Numbered from the stretch's first letter, positions 1 to 10,788 are shown. The stretch: DNA of 24,724 nucleotides from Macrostomum lignano (GCA_002269645.1 NIVC01005150.1:1-24724), one strand, 5' to 3'. Made by a program: numbers and translations. The notes: generated by a model from the letters alone, not told the origin.

Positions 1-288
1 CGCCGGCGTTGCGAGATAAGTTTGCACAGCAGCTGCTGTTGCAAGAACTGCATGCGGTTTGGATGAAGCTTTTTGCTTCTCTTAGCCTCGCGAACAAATT
101 TCGGGCTCATAAATTGCACTGACCAAAGCTGCGATCATAAATATGAAGCCTGCCGCTGGCGTCTCTGCATGCGTAGCATTTTTTTAGATTTATCGGTCAG
201 ATGAAACACTTGACCGTCCAGGCATAAAACACTGAAGCCTGGCCTTCCTGCTAACCCCCAGTCACCTCTTGTTGCTAATATTGCTGCC

Positions 289-1820
289 ATGATTGACCTG
301 CAGGCTACCTTCAAGGACATCGGAGGCTTCGGCCTCTACCAGGTTCTCGTCTGTATCGTCGGCTGCTTCACATTGATCTCCAGCGGGATGATCATCGCTG
401 GTGGAGCTTTCCACAACCTCATGACCTGCAGCGCCAACGCGACTGCGGAAGACATTGTCGCCGCGGCCAACAGCAGCCAGCACGGCTTCACGACGTCCGT
501 CAGCGCCGAGTACGGTCTCTGTGACAGTCAGGCTTCTCTCGGAGAGCTGTCCGCCGTCTTTCTGCTCGCCGGCTGCATCCCCGGCTCGTTGATGGCCGGT
601 CCAGCAGCAGACAGCATCGGGCGAATTCCCGGACTGCTGATCGGCCTTTTGTGCACTCTGGCCACCAATCTGCTGGCCGCGCTAGCGCCGCAGTTCTGGC
701 GGCATCTGGCCAGCCGTCTTGTCTGCGGCTTCTTCGTCAGCTGCACTCTCGGCTCAGTGTTTGTGTACGGCAACGAAGTGCTGCTGACGGAGCACCGGGG
801 CAGGTTCGTCAAGACGTACAACCTGGGTGCAGCCGTGGGTGGCATTCTCCTAGCTATCCTGGCCTTCGTCCTTCGAGACTACAAGTGGCTGATGATCACA
901 AATAATTTTTTTATTGTTCCACCAGTCATTGTGGCCGCCCTTCTGCCGAGAGTCCGTCCTGGCTGCTCTCGCAAAGAATGAAATCCGTCAAGAAGGTGAG
1001 GCGAGCGCTGCAGAAGATTGCATGGATCAACAGGCGCCCATTGCCAGAGAGTGTTCTCAGTCTGAGCTCGGGTGGTCAAGGTGAGGAGTCGCTGCAGCTC
1101 GAAGAGAACGGAGAGCTTCTCGACACTCAGCAAACCAAAGACCATGGGACGCCTCGCGCGATACTTGGAGGGTCGCTCTGCACTGCCATCAAGAAGCTGC
1201 TATCAGATAGGGTGTCGGTATTCCGCCTGCTGTCCACCTGCCTGTACAGTTTCAGCAGCGGCTTCGCCTACTACGGTTTCACTTTCGTGATCACCCACGC
1301 CGTGCCGAACATCTATATCACCTTCGCTCTCATGGCAGCTGTGGAGCCACCATCTCTGCTTCTCCTGAATACATTCAGTCGGGGCCGCACTCTGTTCGTT
1401 AGCGCGCTGGTCACCGTCGGCTGTTGTTTCTCCATCGGCATCATCTTCGCCACAGTGCCGGCAGCAGAAGACGGACAGCTCAGCATGATCGTCATCGTTC
1501 TTTTGGTGTGCCTTTCCGTGAGCGGCAAGTTCTTCTCGAACATCGCCTTCTGTGCCATCATGGCGGTCGGGGCAGAGATCTACCCGACAGCGGTACGCAA
1601 CACGGGACTCGGGCTGCTGATGGCCACCCTGCGGACCGGCTGCATGCTGTCGCCGCTGGTGAACTTCATCCCCTACATGCCGGCCAGGTTCGCCACCCTC
1701 GGTCTCGCCTGTCTCGTTGCCGCCTTTCCGACCCGCAGTCTGCCGGACACTCGCATCCAAGACCTGACCGAGACAGTGCCGACCGATGGGCCACGGCCGC
1801 CGCCGCCGTCCTCTGCTTGA
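289..1820 (+). pseudogene. SLC22-like organic ion transporter (MFS), copy 1, intronless; one 1-nt frameshift (pseudogene or sequencing error)
   Basis: ORFs 289-981 and 978-1820 join into a 510-aa protein collinear with intact copy 2. ctgCCgag at 943-950 lacks one C relative to CCCgag in copies 2-4, and the span is 1532 nt versus 1533 nt for copy 2. Motifs: GGFGLYQ, SVSAEYGLC, GPAADSIGR (MFS motif A), PESPSWL (after repair), AEIYPTAVRNTGLG, LPDT. Confidence 0.85.
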
Positions 1821-2799
1821 ATTTTGAAGTTGAGCCAAACCAGAAGGCTGAGAATGAATTTTATAAGAGCTCAGATACTCAAGTGAACCACTGTGGTTTT
1901 AACATTAAGTTGATAGACTTTAATGCTCACTCAGTAAGCTGAAGTACTTCAAAATCAGGTCTTATGGAAAGTATTTCTGGTTTAGCTGAAGGCTCAGAAA
2001 AACGGAATAGATGCTTAGGAACAAAATTTGAGTTCTGGAACTAGTTAATTTTTTGTCACAATTGCTCACTTCCTACTCTGCACTATCTACACCCCGTACC
2101 ACTTCCTGCTCATCCTCGATTGCTTATGCAGTCGCAACTCGTCCGCTTAGGCTCCTCGAGCAAAGTGTCCATAATGGGCACTCGGGCACCGAGGCAACGA
2201 ACTTGATGACAGTCTTGCTGGCTGGTTTAAACATTTTTATCGTTTTTTGTCATGGCGTGTCGTTATCATCATATTAAATTTTGGCCTCCTGAATTCGGAC
2301 CCCGGATGCCAATTTGGCACCCTACTTTTCCAGACTATGTGCTGCTGGATTTAATTTAAGTTCCAATTTTCTTAAATTCACATATCATTCGAAGTATCAA
2401 TAAATGATTATTGAGGGTTCAAGAATTCTATTAATTTGAGTAATCTGTAGATATGAAGTCTGCAGACTTCTGCGACATCTGCAGATTAAGAGAGGCTCAG
2501 CATTATTAATTGATTTTGATTTTTTCGACTGATGCCAGCTAGCATCCGGGATTTCAATTTGGCATCCTGAGTTTGGACCCGGTTTTTCAATTTCTGGCAG
2601 CCTTGCCTTCGGCTCCCGAACCATTGCCACCATTGTGGTACCGCCGCTGTCATCTCCCGGGTTAACCGGTGGGCGACATTCAAGCACGAGAGATGTGAGC
2701 TAATTGTCTCCCCTGTCACGCGCTGCTGTTCCCTACAGGCCCTCGCCCACCCTGCTTGGATGTGACAGTAAATCGGTCACCATATGACTGTTTTGCTAC

Positions 2800-3130
2800 C
2801 TCTAGGAGAAGCCGCAGTGAGAGACGCCCTTTCTGCCCCTCCGGTATGAAAATGCGGAGCACTTTATTCATGAATACCCAGTCAACCCCGTCTTCAACCC
2901 GACTGCCGGCAATCCCGCGCGGCTGTCCGCTGTCCTTCCTCCGCCCTGCGCAGGGCCCTGCTTGGACTCAACCGCAGGGACATCAGGGCGGTGACCATGG
3001 CCCTCTCGGGTCATGGCTGTTTTGCCATGCAGGCATCGTTACCTCCAGGGAAAAATCTGTAGCGTGGAATGCCCTTTCTGCCTCTCCTGTGTCGAGAATG
3101 CGGAGCACTTAGCTCGTAATCTGTTAATGC
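2800..3130 (+). mobile_element. Possible non-LTR retrotransposon 3' zinc-knuckle (zf-RVT-like) remnant, present as two diverged copies
   Basis: [30 protein letters not shown] at ~3022-3111, and a decayed parallel (cgccctttctgcccctcc...gaaaatgcggagcacttt, [11 protein letters not shown]) at ~2825-2880. Confidence 0.35.
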
Positions 3131-4331
3131 CTCGCCTTTACTCAGGACAGACTCGCCTACCTCGGCCCAAACCCGGACCGCCAGCGATCGTCCGCTACCT
3201 AAGGGCCACCGCGGGCGAGCGACCATCCACCTCCTGGACTCTCCGGAGGGGGACCGCGCTGCGGACACCGGCACCACCGGAACTCCCTGCGCGAAACCGC
3301 AGCACCAGCTGCCCGTGGTCGCCAGGGGTTAGCAAACTGGGCGGAAACGCCTCCTCACTGCATCCGGATGCAGCTGAGTCAAGTAAGCCCGTCTTTAACC
3401 AGGACGAGCCAGCTTGTCCGTTACCCACTCAGAAGGATTGCAGTTTATGGGAGGGCACACAAGCTGACCCGACGACGAATAATGAGCGTGTCTGTATTTT
3501 TCAGTTCCTTGGCGAGCTGGTCCTTGAGCTCGCTGCCCAGGATGCCATCGAGGCCATACGTCTAGTCAATTTTGACCGTAATGTTCTGCAGGCTTTTTTA
3601 AAACAGACTAACTTGGTTGGGAATTTTTTAACAGCGACAGAGCAAGCGACAGAATATAATGAGCTGTTTGCCGTAGACAATAGATAAGAAAACCCAAGCT
3701 AATTGCGGTAATTTGAATAAAGTAGGTCAGAACAGCCTTTATCAGAATCAGATAAGGTCCCTAATAAGTACCAATACCACCTAATATATAAGTACGAGCT
3801 AAGTCAGCTGGTTCTGGGAGGTTGCACACACAGAGGGTTGAAGGTGAAATAATTTAAAGGAGTGCAGTGTACAACTTCGCTGTGCGATTAAGGCCAATTA
3901 GGAGAGAGGGGTGCGCCTGGGACATAATAATAATTGATTACCCCTGCCCCAATCGGGCCAGATGTGCAACCGACAGCTCAGCCGCAGCTATTGCGCGGCG
4001 CATCTCTGAAGCCTGCGTACGGTTGGGGAGTCGCCATTTACGCTCGTACACACCCTCAATTACCCCAGCTAATGCTGTTACCCAACTCATTTTACAGCTG
4101 GGTGAACTGAAGCATGCAATGGATAAATAATCAGCGGTCCCAGTGCGTGACAACTATTGTCTGGCGAGCGCCGGTAGTCGCGAGCCATAGACAAATCGTT
4201 GTCACGTGCTGCGACCGCCGATTCTTTGCATTGTTTTTCTGTTTGACGATCCTACAGACAATGGCAGATCCTACGCGCACTCGTGTTTGGCCATTATTTC
4301 AGCCCCTTACCTACTACGCAATCTACCATTA

Positions 4332-4469
4332 TTTAGCAATTTGACGATCATTATTCACATTTTTAATGCAGAACAATCCATTACTACAAAAAATGCATTG
4401 TTTAGTAATTTGACGATCATTATTCACATTTTTAATGCAGAACAATATATTACTACAAACAATGCATTG
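4332..4469. repeat. 69-bp tandem duplication (2 copies)
   Basis: 4332-4400 and 4401-4469 are near-identical (tttag(c/t)aatttgacgatcattattcacatttttaatgcagaacaat...aatgcattg). Confidence 0.9.
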
Positions 4470-4495
4470 TCCAGAAGACACAGCCTGGCGTAATG
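4463..4495 (+). repeat. Left terminal inverted repeat of the YR element
   Basis: 33/33 reverse-complement match to 6521-6553. Confidence 0.9.
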
Positions 4496-4787
4496 CTACG
4501 CGCACTCGTGTTTGGCCATTATTTCAGCCCCTACTACGCAACGTCATTGTCTATAAGACACAGCCTGGCCATTATTTCAGCGTGCCGGAAGCGGTCATTA
4601 TTTCAGGGTAAGAGTCTGCGTGCGTGCGACTGCGTAAAGAGGGCGGTGGTTGGGCCATAGACTATAAATAAAAAAAGCTGTTGGGCCATAGACTATAAAT
4701 GAATAAGCTGATGATAGGCTTGAGCTGACGAGAAGTAGAGATAGTCGAGATCGAGGATTAACAGAGCTGTCTTTTCTTTTTTCGGCT

Positions 4788-6275
4788 ATGGCGCTTATCA
4801 ATTGGTCGCATCTTCCCGTGGACAGCCTTAACGGAGTATCTAGATATGAGTTAGAACTACTATTCGAGCTAAGTGCAAAGGAGCATCAACAGGATGTAGA
4901 ATTGAGTTCATTTATCAAGTGGCTCGAAGATCCACTGGCTGATTCTGGAGACTTGCCGGAGCTGCCTCCCGCCGAAGATGGAGTCAACCTTGACGCCGTG
5001 GAAATCCAGTCGTTGCCAAGAACGTCTAGGGAGCAAATGATGCGACATGGTGGAGCCTTTGAAAAGTTCTTGCAGGACAATACTGCAGAGGATTGCGTCA
5101 CGATGCCTTCCTGGAAGCTTAACGAGTACCTTCGATACTACTATTTCGGTTTGAAAAAAACGACCGGAGAGCCCTACGCTCCAGCTACTCTTGTATGCGT
5201 TCGGGCAGGCATCCAACGGTACCTCCATCTGGTCAAGCATCGTGCTATCAATCTGGTGAGTGGAACCGATTTTGAGAGTGCCAACAGAATGTTGAGAGTG
5301 ACGGTTCGCGAGTTCCACAACAGTGGCGGTGTGACCACTCAGTACGAGCCTATCAATGAAGGAGATTTAGCGAAGCTGCGAGACTACTTCGACAGGAGCA
5401 CGGGTGAGAAGTTGCAAAATGAAGTCCTATTTACTATCCTCTACGTGTTTGGTGAAAGGGGGCAGGAGCACCTAAAGCAGATGCGTAGAAAGGGAACCCT
5501 GCAGGAAAAGACCGACGCCGACGAAAATCCTTATTTGGAGCTGCCTGCCATGCCTACCAAAAACCAGTCCGCTGATCCCAACCGCTGCAAGGACGACGTC
5601 CGCAAGCAGTCTCGATTGTACGGCGAGCAACGTGATCTTGTATTGCGGTATGCTGCCCTGCTGCCGGAGAACACGAGGGACAACAGCTTTTTCCCTAAAC
5701 CATTAGCCAACGATTATTCAACGGATTCGCTTCTCAGACAAGATGGTTCGAGGATTTAATTGGATGGCTGGCTTCATGCAGAAATTAAGCCAAACATGTG
5801 CTCTATCCCGTGTCTACTCAAACCACTGCATTCGGGTCACCAGGATATCAGATCTCCGTGATGCTGGACATGACATGAGCGACATAATGTGTATCACAGG
5901 CCAGAAAAGCGAACGAACTGTCCGTAGGTACTAGTCACATAAACGGGACCGAGCCGTGCGTGCAGCCTCGACAGCGATAAGCAGTGCTCTGAAGAGAGCA
6001 TCTGAGCAGCATGAGACACTGGCAAATAAGCAAAGTGTTGTCACAACTAGCAGTGCAACCTCCTATGCTTCAGTGGACGTGAGACAGGAGACGCGGATGA
6101 AGCATGGTAAGTACATGTACATTAAGTTGTAAGTAAATTAGCGGCTATACTATTGGTTATATAGAAACGGTGAATTTTTTACAATACCCATTAATCTGCA
6201 GGTCGGATGGATTCAGAAAGTGCAGTTCGGTTTTTAGAGAATTGCCACTTCAAGGATTGCACATTTCATTTTTAA
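4788..6275 (+). pseudogene. Crypton/DUF3504-type tyrosine recombinase, two exons (4788-6106, 6202-6275), disrupted
   Basis: Core-binding-like segment LNEYLRYYYFGLKKTTGEPYAPATLVCVRAGIQRYL. Catalytic set: R (FGERGQE, 5457), K (TKNQ, 5559), HxxR (NHCIR, 5824-5835), TGQ in place of TGH (5902), Y (5929). Lesions: frameshift near 5742 and TAG at 5932. A GTAAGT..CAG intron at 6107-6201 gives the in-frame end FLENCHFKDCTFHF*. Confidence 0.75.
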
Positions 6276-6520
6276 TGAGCAACTTCTGATGAACAGACTA
6301 CGACTACTATGTTGTTTTTGTGTTAGGCGCGTTTTCTGCTAAATAGTTTTGTGGCTAAATAGTTTTGACTATCATTTTTCTTCTCACTAATATTACTATT
6401 GTTGTGATTATCATTACTGTGAACATTATTCCCTTATGCCAGTTAATATATGAATACTTTAACTAATCGTCTATGGTTCAAACGTCTGTTAAAGCTGAAA
6501 TAATGGCCAGTTGAGTTTGT

Positions 6521-6553
6521 CATTACGCCAGGCTGTGTCTTCTGGACAATGCA
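6521..6553 (-). repeat. Right terminal inverted repeat of the YR element
   Basis: 33/33 reverse-complement match to 4463-4495. Confidence 0.9.
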
Positions 6554-6667
6554 GAGTTAAGTGTCTTGCTCAAGGACACGAATTGTTTCGAGTGGGTTGA
6601 GGATAAAACCACAGACCTTTCAGTCGTGAGTGAGTCCGATGCTCTCACCACTAAGCTATACAACCCT
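6554..6667 (-). mobile_element. tRNA-derived SINE fragment (CORE/V-SINE-like)
   Basis: The minus strand reads TAGCTTAGTGGTGAGAGCATCGGACT (A-box, tRNA 5' half), then a degenerate B-box GGTTTTATCC, then GTGTCCTTGAGCAAGACACTTAACTC. The last part resembles the CORE-SINE motif GTGACCTTGGGCAAGTCACTTAAC. Confidence 0.6.
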
Positions 6668-9255
6668 CAGGAACGGCAGAGATTTAGATAGCAGACTGAG
6701 AGATAAAGGCCTGTGTTCACATTAACGCTATAGTCAGCTGCGGGGGTCGAATATTGCTCAAATTAATATTAAAATTGGTCTGAATCAAATGCATTAATAT
6801 GAGCAATCTTTGACCCACACAGCTACTAGTATTAATGTGAAACGGCTTTAAGAAATGAATAATGAGCTTACAGCGTGGGACAAAGATTGATAGCAGAGAT
6901 TTCGGCCTGAAAACGTTAACTGTTTTCTTTTCACCGACACCAAAAAAATACAAAATGCAAGCTCTCTGACAATATCTAAACCGGTTGACGACGTTGACGT
7001 TAAAGTCTATCGGGTGGCTGTCCTAATCGTGTATGGCCTATGATTGACGTTTTCAAATCTCCATCTGATGCATAGTGTTATGTTATGATAGACTCATAGA
7101 CTCATTCTCTGTGTGTTTGATTTATGTCTATGGACACGACTAATAAACGAGTGTTAAAGAGCACTTATAACTACACAGCTGCTCTATATCCATACAAGCA
7201 TCTGGAAACATAAGACTTCTGTGTCGCAACACAACAGAGGGCCGACTGGCAGCCCAGATGAGTAGGGCACACGGGCGTCACGGTAGATGGTGACAATAGT
7301 GCTTATGTCATGCGGTGTTAAAAGTGTTTTCAAGGTCTTCCTTGCCTTACATGGCTCAATTGGTATGTACACGCGTGCGTGTAATGTTGGCACAGCAGAC
7401 TCCAGCTCCATCATACTTGACCTGATGAAGCCAACATATATAGATATTTATAACGGATTGTGGCTGATGCTACACAGTGTGGGGACTGGGGAGACACTGG
7501 AAGAGGACGGAGTGCCTCGTACCAGAAACGCAGAGAGTACCAATAGCCGGCCCCCATGCGTCTCGACTGCGTAATATGGTCTAATATATAGCAGACTGAC
7601 TCTAACACCACCCATCTTCCTTCATGCTGGCCGTGCTGCCACGATTCTGCAGTCAGGCCTTCTTGGTATCGCTTGTTTACTGGGCGCTGATTGGCTGCGG
7701 CTGCTTTGTTATTTTCCTCGCGGTGTCGTTGATTGGCTGGTGGGGGCAGGGGGTTGAAGCTGCTGTTTGGGGCGGTGGGTGAGGGGGGATCTTAGCCTGC
7801 CCCTGCCCCCCTGTCCTAATTTGTTTACCACGGGGCCGGGCCCTCACTTTTGGTTTTGTTAGCTGTGCAGTCCTATTTACTGTCTCTTATTAGAACTGCA
7901 GGCATATGAGCTGATCTAATAAAACACGCCAGCGCGGCGAAGCGAGAAAATGTTCGCACTTCACAGCTTATCTTCAGCATCCAAAAAATTGGGCAATTAG
8001 CAGGACGCTAAAACTAAAACGGCCGCGAGGCTAAAGCCTTTGGACCAAGACCAAACACGAACGCCAAGGCCCACAACCCCACGCACGCATATAGTCAGCC
8101 CGGAGGCCAACCCCCAAAGCGACCCCCTCCTGGCTCTCCAAGAGCTCATGCAAAGTCAAGGCGACGCAAACAAATAGGGTTTTGTTAACTAATAAAACCA
8201 AAGCATAAAAGACGTAAAAGGCGCTTTGCCTATGGGCTCAGCGCTGCAAGAGAGTCGACCTCCAGTCAAGCAAATACAATACAACAATAATTAATTATGT
8301 TCACTTTGCTGACAACTGAGCTCACGAGCAAGGACCACTTGTAGGGGGGGGGGGGGCAAGCTATACCAAGCAACTACAACCCAACATTAGAAAATCTAAA
8401 CGCATAATCAGCCAATTTGGGCCATACATTTTTAGCCACGACAAAGGGTGGGGCAAGGACCGCTGTAGTATAACAGGACACGGGAAAAATTTCAAAGATG
8501 GTGTAATTTTTTTAGGTCAACTTCGTGGAAAATGGTGATAGGAAAAATCATTTTTTATCATATGATGATTGCCTTTGATCTAAAGCAGTGAAGATTACCA
8601 TTCTTTTAATTTAGCATCGAAGTCCATCGAAGCCACTCCAGAACATCCGGTCCGATTCGCTAAAACATTACTGGCTTTGTTTTACATTGCTTTCGTCATC
8701 GCCTATATTGAAATGCTGCCGTCTCTGCCTGCCGCAGTCATGGCTTGTATTATTAGCGGGCTGAATGCTTCTTTTTCTAATCATCCTACTTTCTTATCTG
8801 TGCCTTCAGCTCTCTACGACTGCTTCGCTAACTGATGAAATTCTGGTGTACACATGGCCCCGTGCACCTTCACCTGTGACCTAAACTCAAAACTCTTTTA
8901 GGTCAGTTCGACCACCTCACTCTCAGCATGCAATTAGACACAAAGCCATGATGATAATATATTGTCTCGCCTCGCCGGGGACTTGGATGTGCTCACCTAT
9001 CCACTTCTGTCTCTGTCTCTCCTAATTTCTTTCCACAGAGAAGGACCGAAGAGCAACACAGCAATTTATTTTATAAAGTTGGCACACGTTCTGTATAACA
9101 AGCAGCTGCTGTTACACAAAGAGAAAGTACTTATGCAAATTTTTTCTATTCTCTCCTCAAGCAAAACATTTTGAGCTCAAAAACATTCCCGCATGCACTA
9201 ACTCAAACTGCAGACAAAAGCAATAGAAGCTTGTTGCTATCATTTTAATACAGCC

Positions 9256-10788
9256 ATGCTCGACTTGCAGGCTGCATTCAGTGACATTGGCGGCTTCGGC
9301 CTCTACCAGGTTCTCGTCTGTATCGTCGGCTGCTTCACATTGATCTCCAGCGGGATGATCATCGCTGGTGGAGCTTTCCACAACCTCATGACCTGCAGCG
9401 CCAACGCGACTGCGGAAGACATTGTCTCCGCGGCCAACAGCAGCCAGCACGGCTTCACGACGTCCGTCAGCGCCGAGTACGGTCTCTGTGACAGTCAGGC
9501 TTCTCTCGGAGAGTTGTCCGCCGTCTTTCTGCTCGCCGGCTGCATCCCCGGCTCGTTGATGGCCGGTCCAGCAGCAGACAGCATCGGGCGAATTCCCGGA
9601 CTGCTGATCGGCCTTTTGTGCACTCTGGCCACCAATCTGCTGGCCGCGCTAGCGCCGCAGTTCTGGCTGCACCTGGCCAGCCGTCTTGTCTGCGGCTTCT
9701 TCGTCAGCTGCACTCTCGGCTCAGTGTTTGTGTACGGCAACGAAGTGCTGCTGACGGAGCACCGGGGCAGATTCGTCAAGACGTACAACCTTGGCACTGC
9801 CATAGGTGGAATCCTGCTAGCTCTTCTGGCTTTTGTCCTACGAGACTACAAGTGGCTGATGATCGCTAACAGCTTCTTCATTATTCTGTCAATCTTTGTG
9901 GTCGCCTTCCTACCCGAGAGTCCGTCCTGGCTGCTCTCACAAAGAACGAAATCCGTCAAGAAGGTGAGGCGAGCGCTGCAGAAGATTGCATGGATCAACA
10001 GGCGCCCATTACCAGAGAGTGTTCTCAGTCTGAGCTTGGGTAGTCAAGGTGAGGAGTCGCTGCAGCTCGAAGAGAACGGAGAGCTTCTCGACACTCAGCA
10101 AACCAAAGACCACAGGAGGCCTCGCTCGATACTGCGAGGGTCGCTGTGCACCTCCATCAAGAAACTGCTATCAGATAGGGTGTCGGTATTCCGCCTGCTG
10201 TCCACTTGCCTGTACAGTTTCAGCAGCGGCTTCGCCTACTACGGTTTCACGTTCGTGATCACCCACGCCGTGCCGAACATCTATATCACCTTCGCTCTCA
10301 TGGCCGCTGTGGAGCCACCATCTCTGCTTCTCCTGAATACATTCAGTCGGGGCCGCACTCTGTTCGTTAGCGCGCTGGTCACCGTCGGCTGTTGTTTCTC
10401 CATCGGCATCATCTTCGCCACAGTGCCGGCAGCAGAAGACGGACAGCTCAGCATGATCGTCATCGTTCTTTTGGTCTTCCTGGCCGTGAGCGGCAAGTTC
10501 TTCTCGAACATCGCCTTCTGTGCCATCATGGCGGTCGGGGCAGAGATCTACCCGACAGCGGTACGCAACACGGGACTCGGGCTGCTGATGGCCACCCTGC
10601 GGACCGGCTGCATGCTGTCGCCGCTGGTGAACTTCATCCCCTACATGCCGGCCAGGTTCGCCACCCTCGGTCTCGCCTGTCTCGTTGCCGCCTTTCCGAC
10701 CCGCAGTCTGCCGGACACTCGCATCCAAGACCTGACCGAGACAGTGCCGACCGATGGGCCACAGCCGCCACCGCCATCCGTCGCTTGA
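9256..10788 (+). CDS. SLC22-like organic cation/anion/zwitterion transporter (MFS), copy 2, intact, 510 aa, intronless
   Basis: Uninterrupted ATG-TGA ORF with about 12 hydrophobic segments. Carries SLC22 hallmarks: N-terminal GxFGxYQ, (S/T)xxxE(W/Y)xLxC after loop 1, DSIGR, PESPxWL, ExYPTxxRxxGxG, LPDT. Confidence 0.9.
   Translation: MLDLQAAFSDIGGFGLYQVLVCIVGCFTLISSGMIIAGGAFHNLMTCSANATAEDIVSAANSSQHGFTTSVSAEYGLCDSQASLGELSAVFLLAGCIPGSLMAGPAADSIGRIPGLLIGLLCTLATNLLAALAPQFWLHLASRLVCGFFVSCTLGSVFVYGNEVLLTEHRGRFVKTYNLGTAIGGILLALLAFVLRDYKWLMIANSFFIILSIFVVAFLPESPSWLLSQRTKSVKKVRRALQKIAWINRRPLPESVLSLSLGSQGEESLQLEENGELLDTQQTKDHRRPRSILRGSLCTSIKKLLSDRVSVFRLLSTCLYSFSSGFAYYGFTFVITHAVPNIYITFALMAAVEPPSLLLLNTFSRGRTLFVSALVTVGCCFSIGIIFATVPAAEDGQLSMIVIVLLVFLAVSGKFFSNIAFCAIMAVGAEIYPTAVRNTGLGLLMATLRTGCMLSPLVNFIPYMPARFATLGLACLVAAFPTRSLPDTRIQDLTETVPTDGPQPPPPSVA

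Larger units (their letters stand above)
4463..6553 (+). mobile_element. Crypton-like tyrosine-recombinase DNA transposon with inverted termini
   Basis: A YR coding region is bracketed by a perfect 33-bp inverted repeat (TGCATTGTCCAGAAGACACAGCCTGGCGTAATG at 4463-4495; reverse complement at 6521-6553) plus inverted GGCCATTATTTCAG motifs. Confidence 0.75.

Noticed and set aside
3400-3687. 3' part of ORF 3013-3687 as a host gene
   Set aside because: No recognisable domain; the upstream part looks like retroelement debris.
7184-7611. Cluster of short ORFs on both strands
   Set aside because: No recognisable motifs, and lengths are compatible with chance.
7689-7860. Two inverted CCAAT boxes and a GC box, promoter-like
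   Set aside because: No associated gene or transcript start could be identified, and such motifs are common in G-rich sequence.
8344-8356. G13 homopolymer
   Set aside because: Simple low-complexity run with no associated structure.
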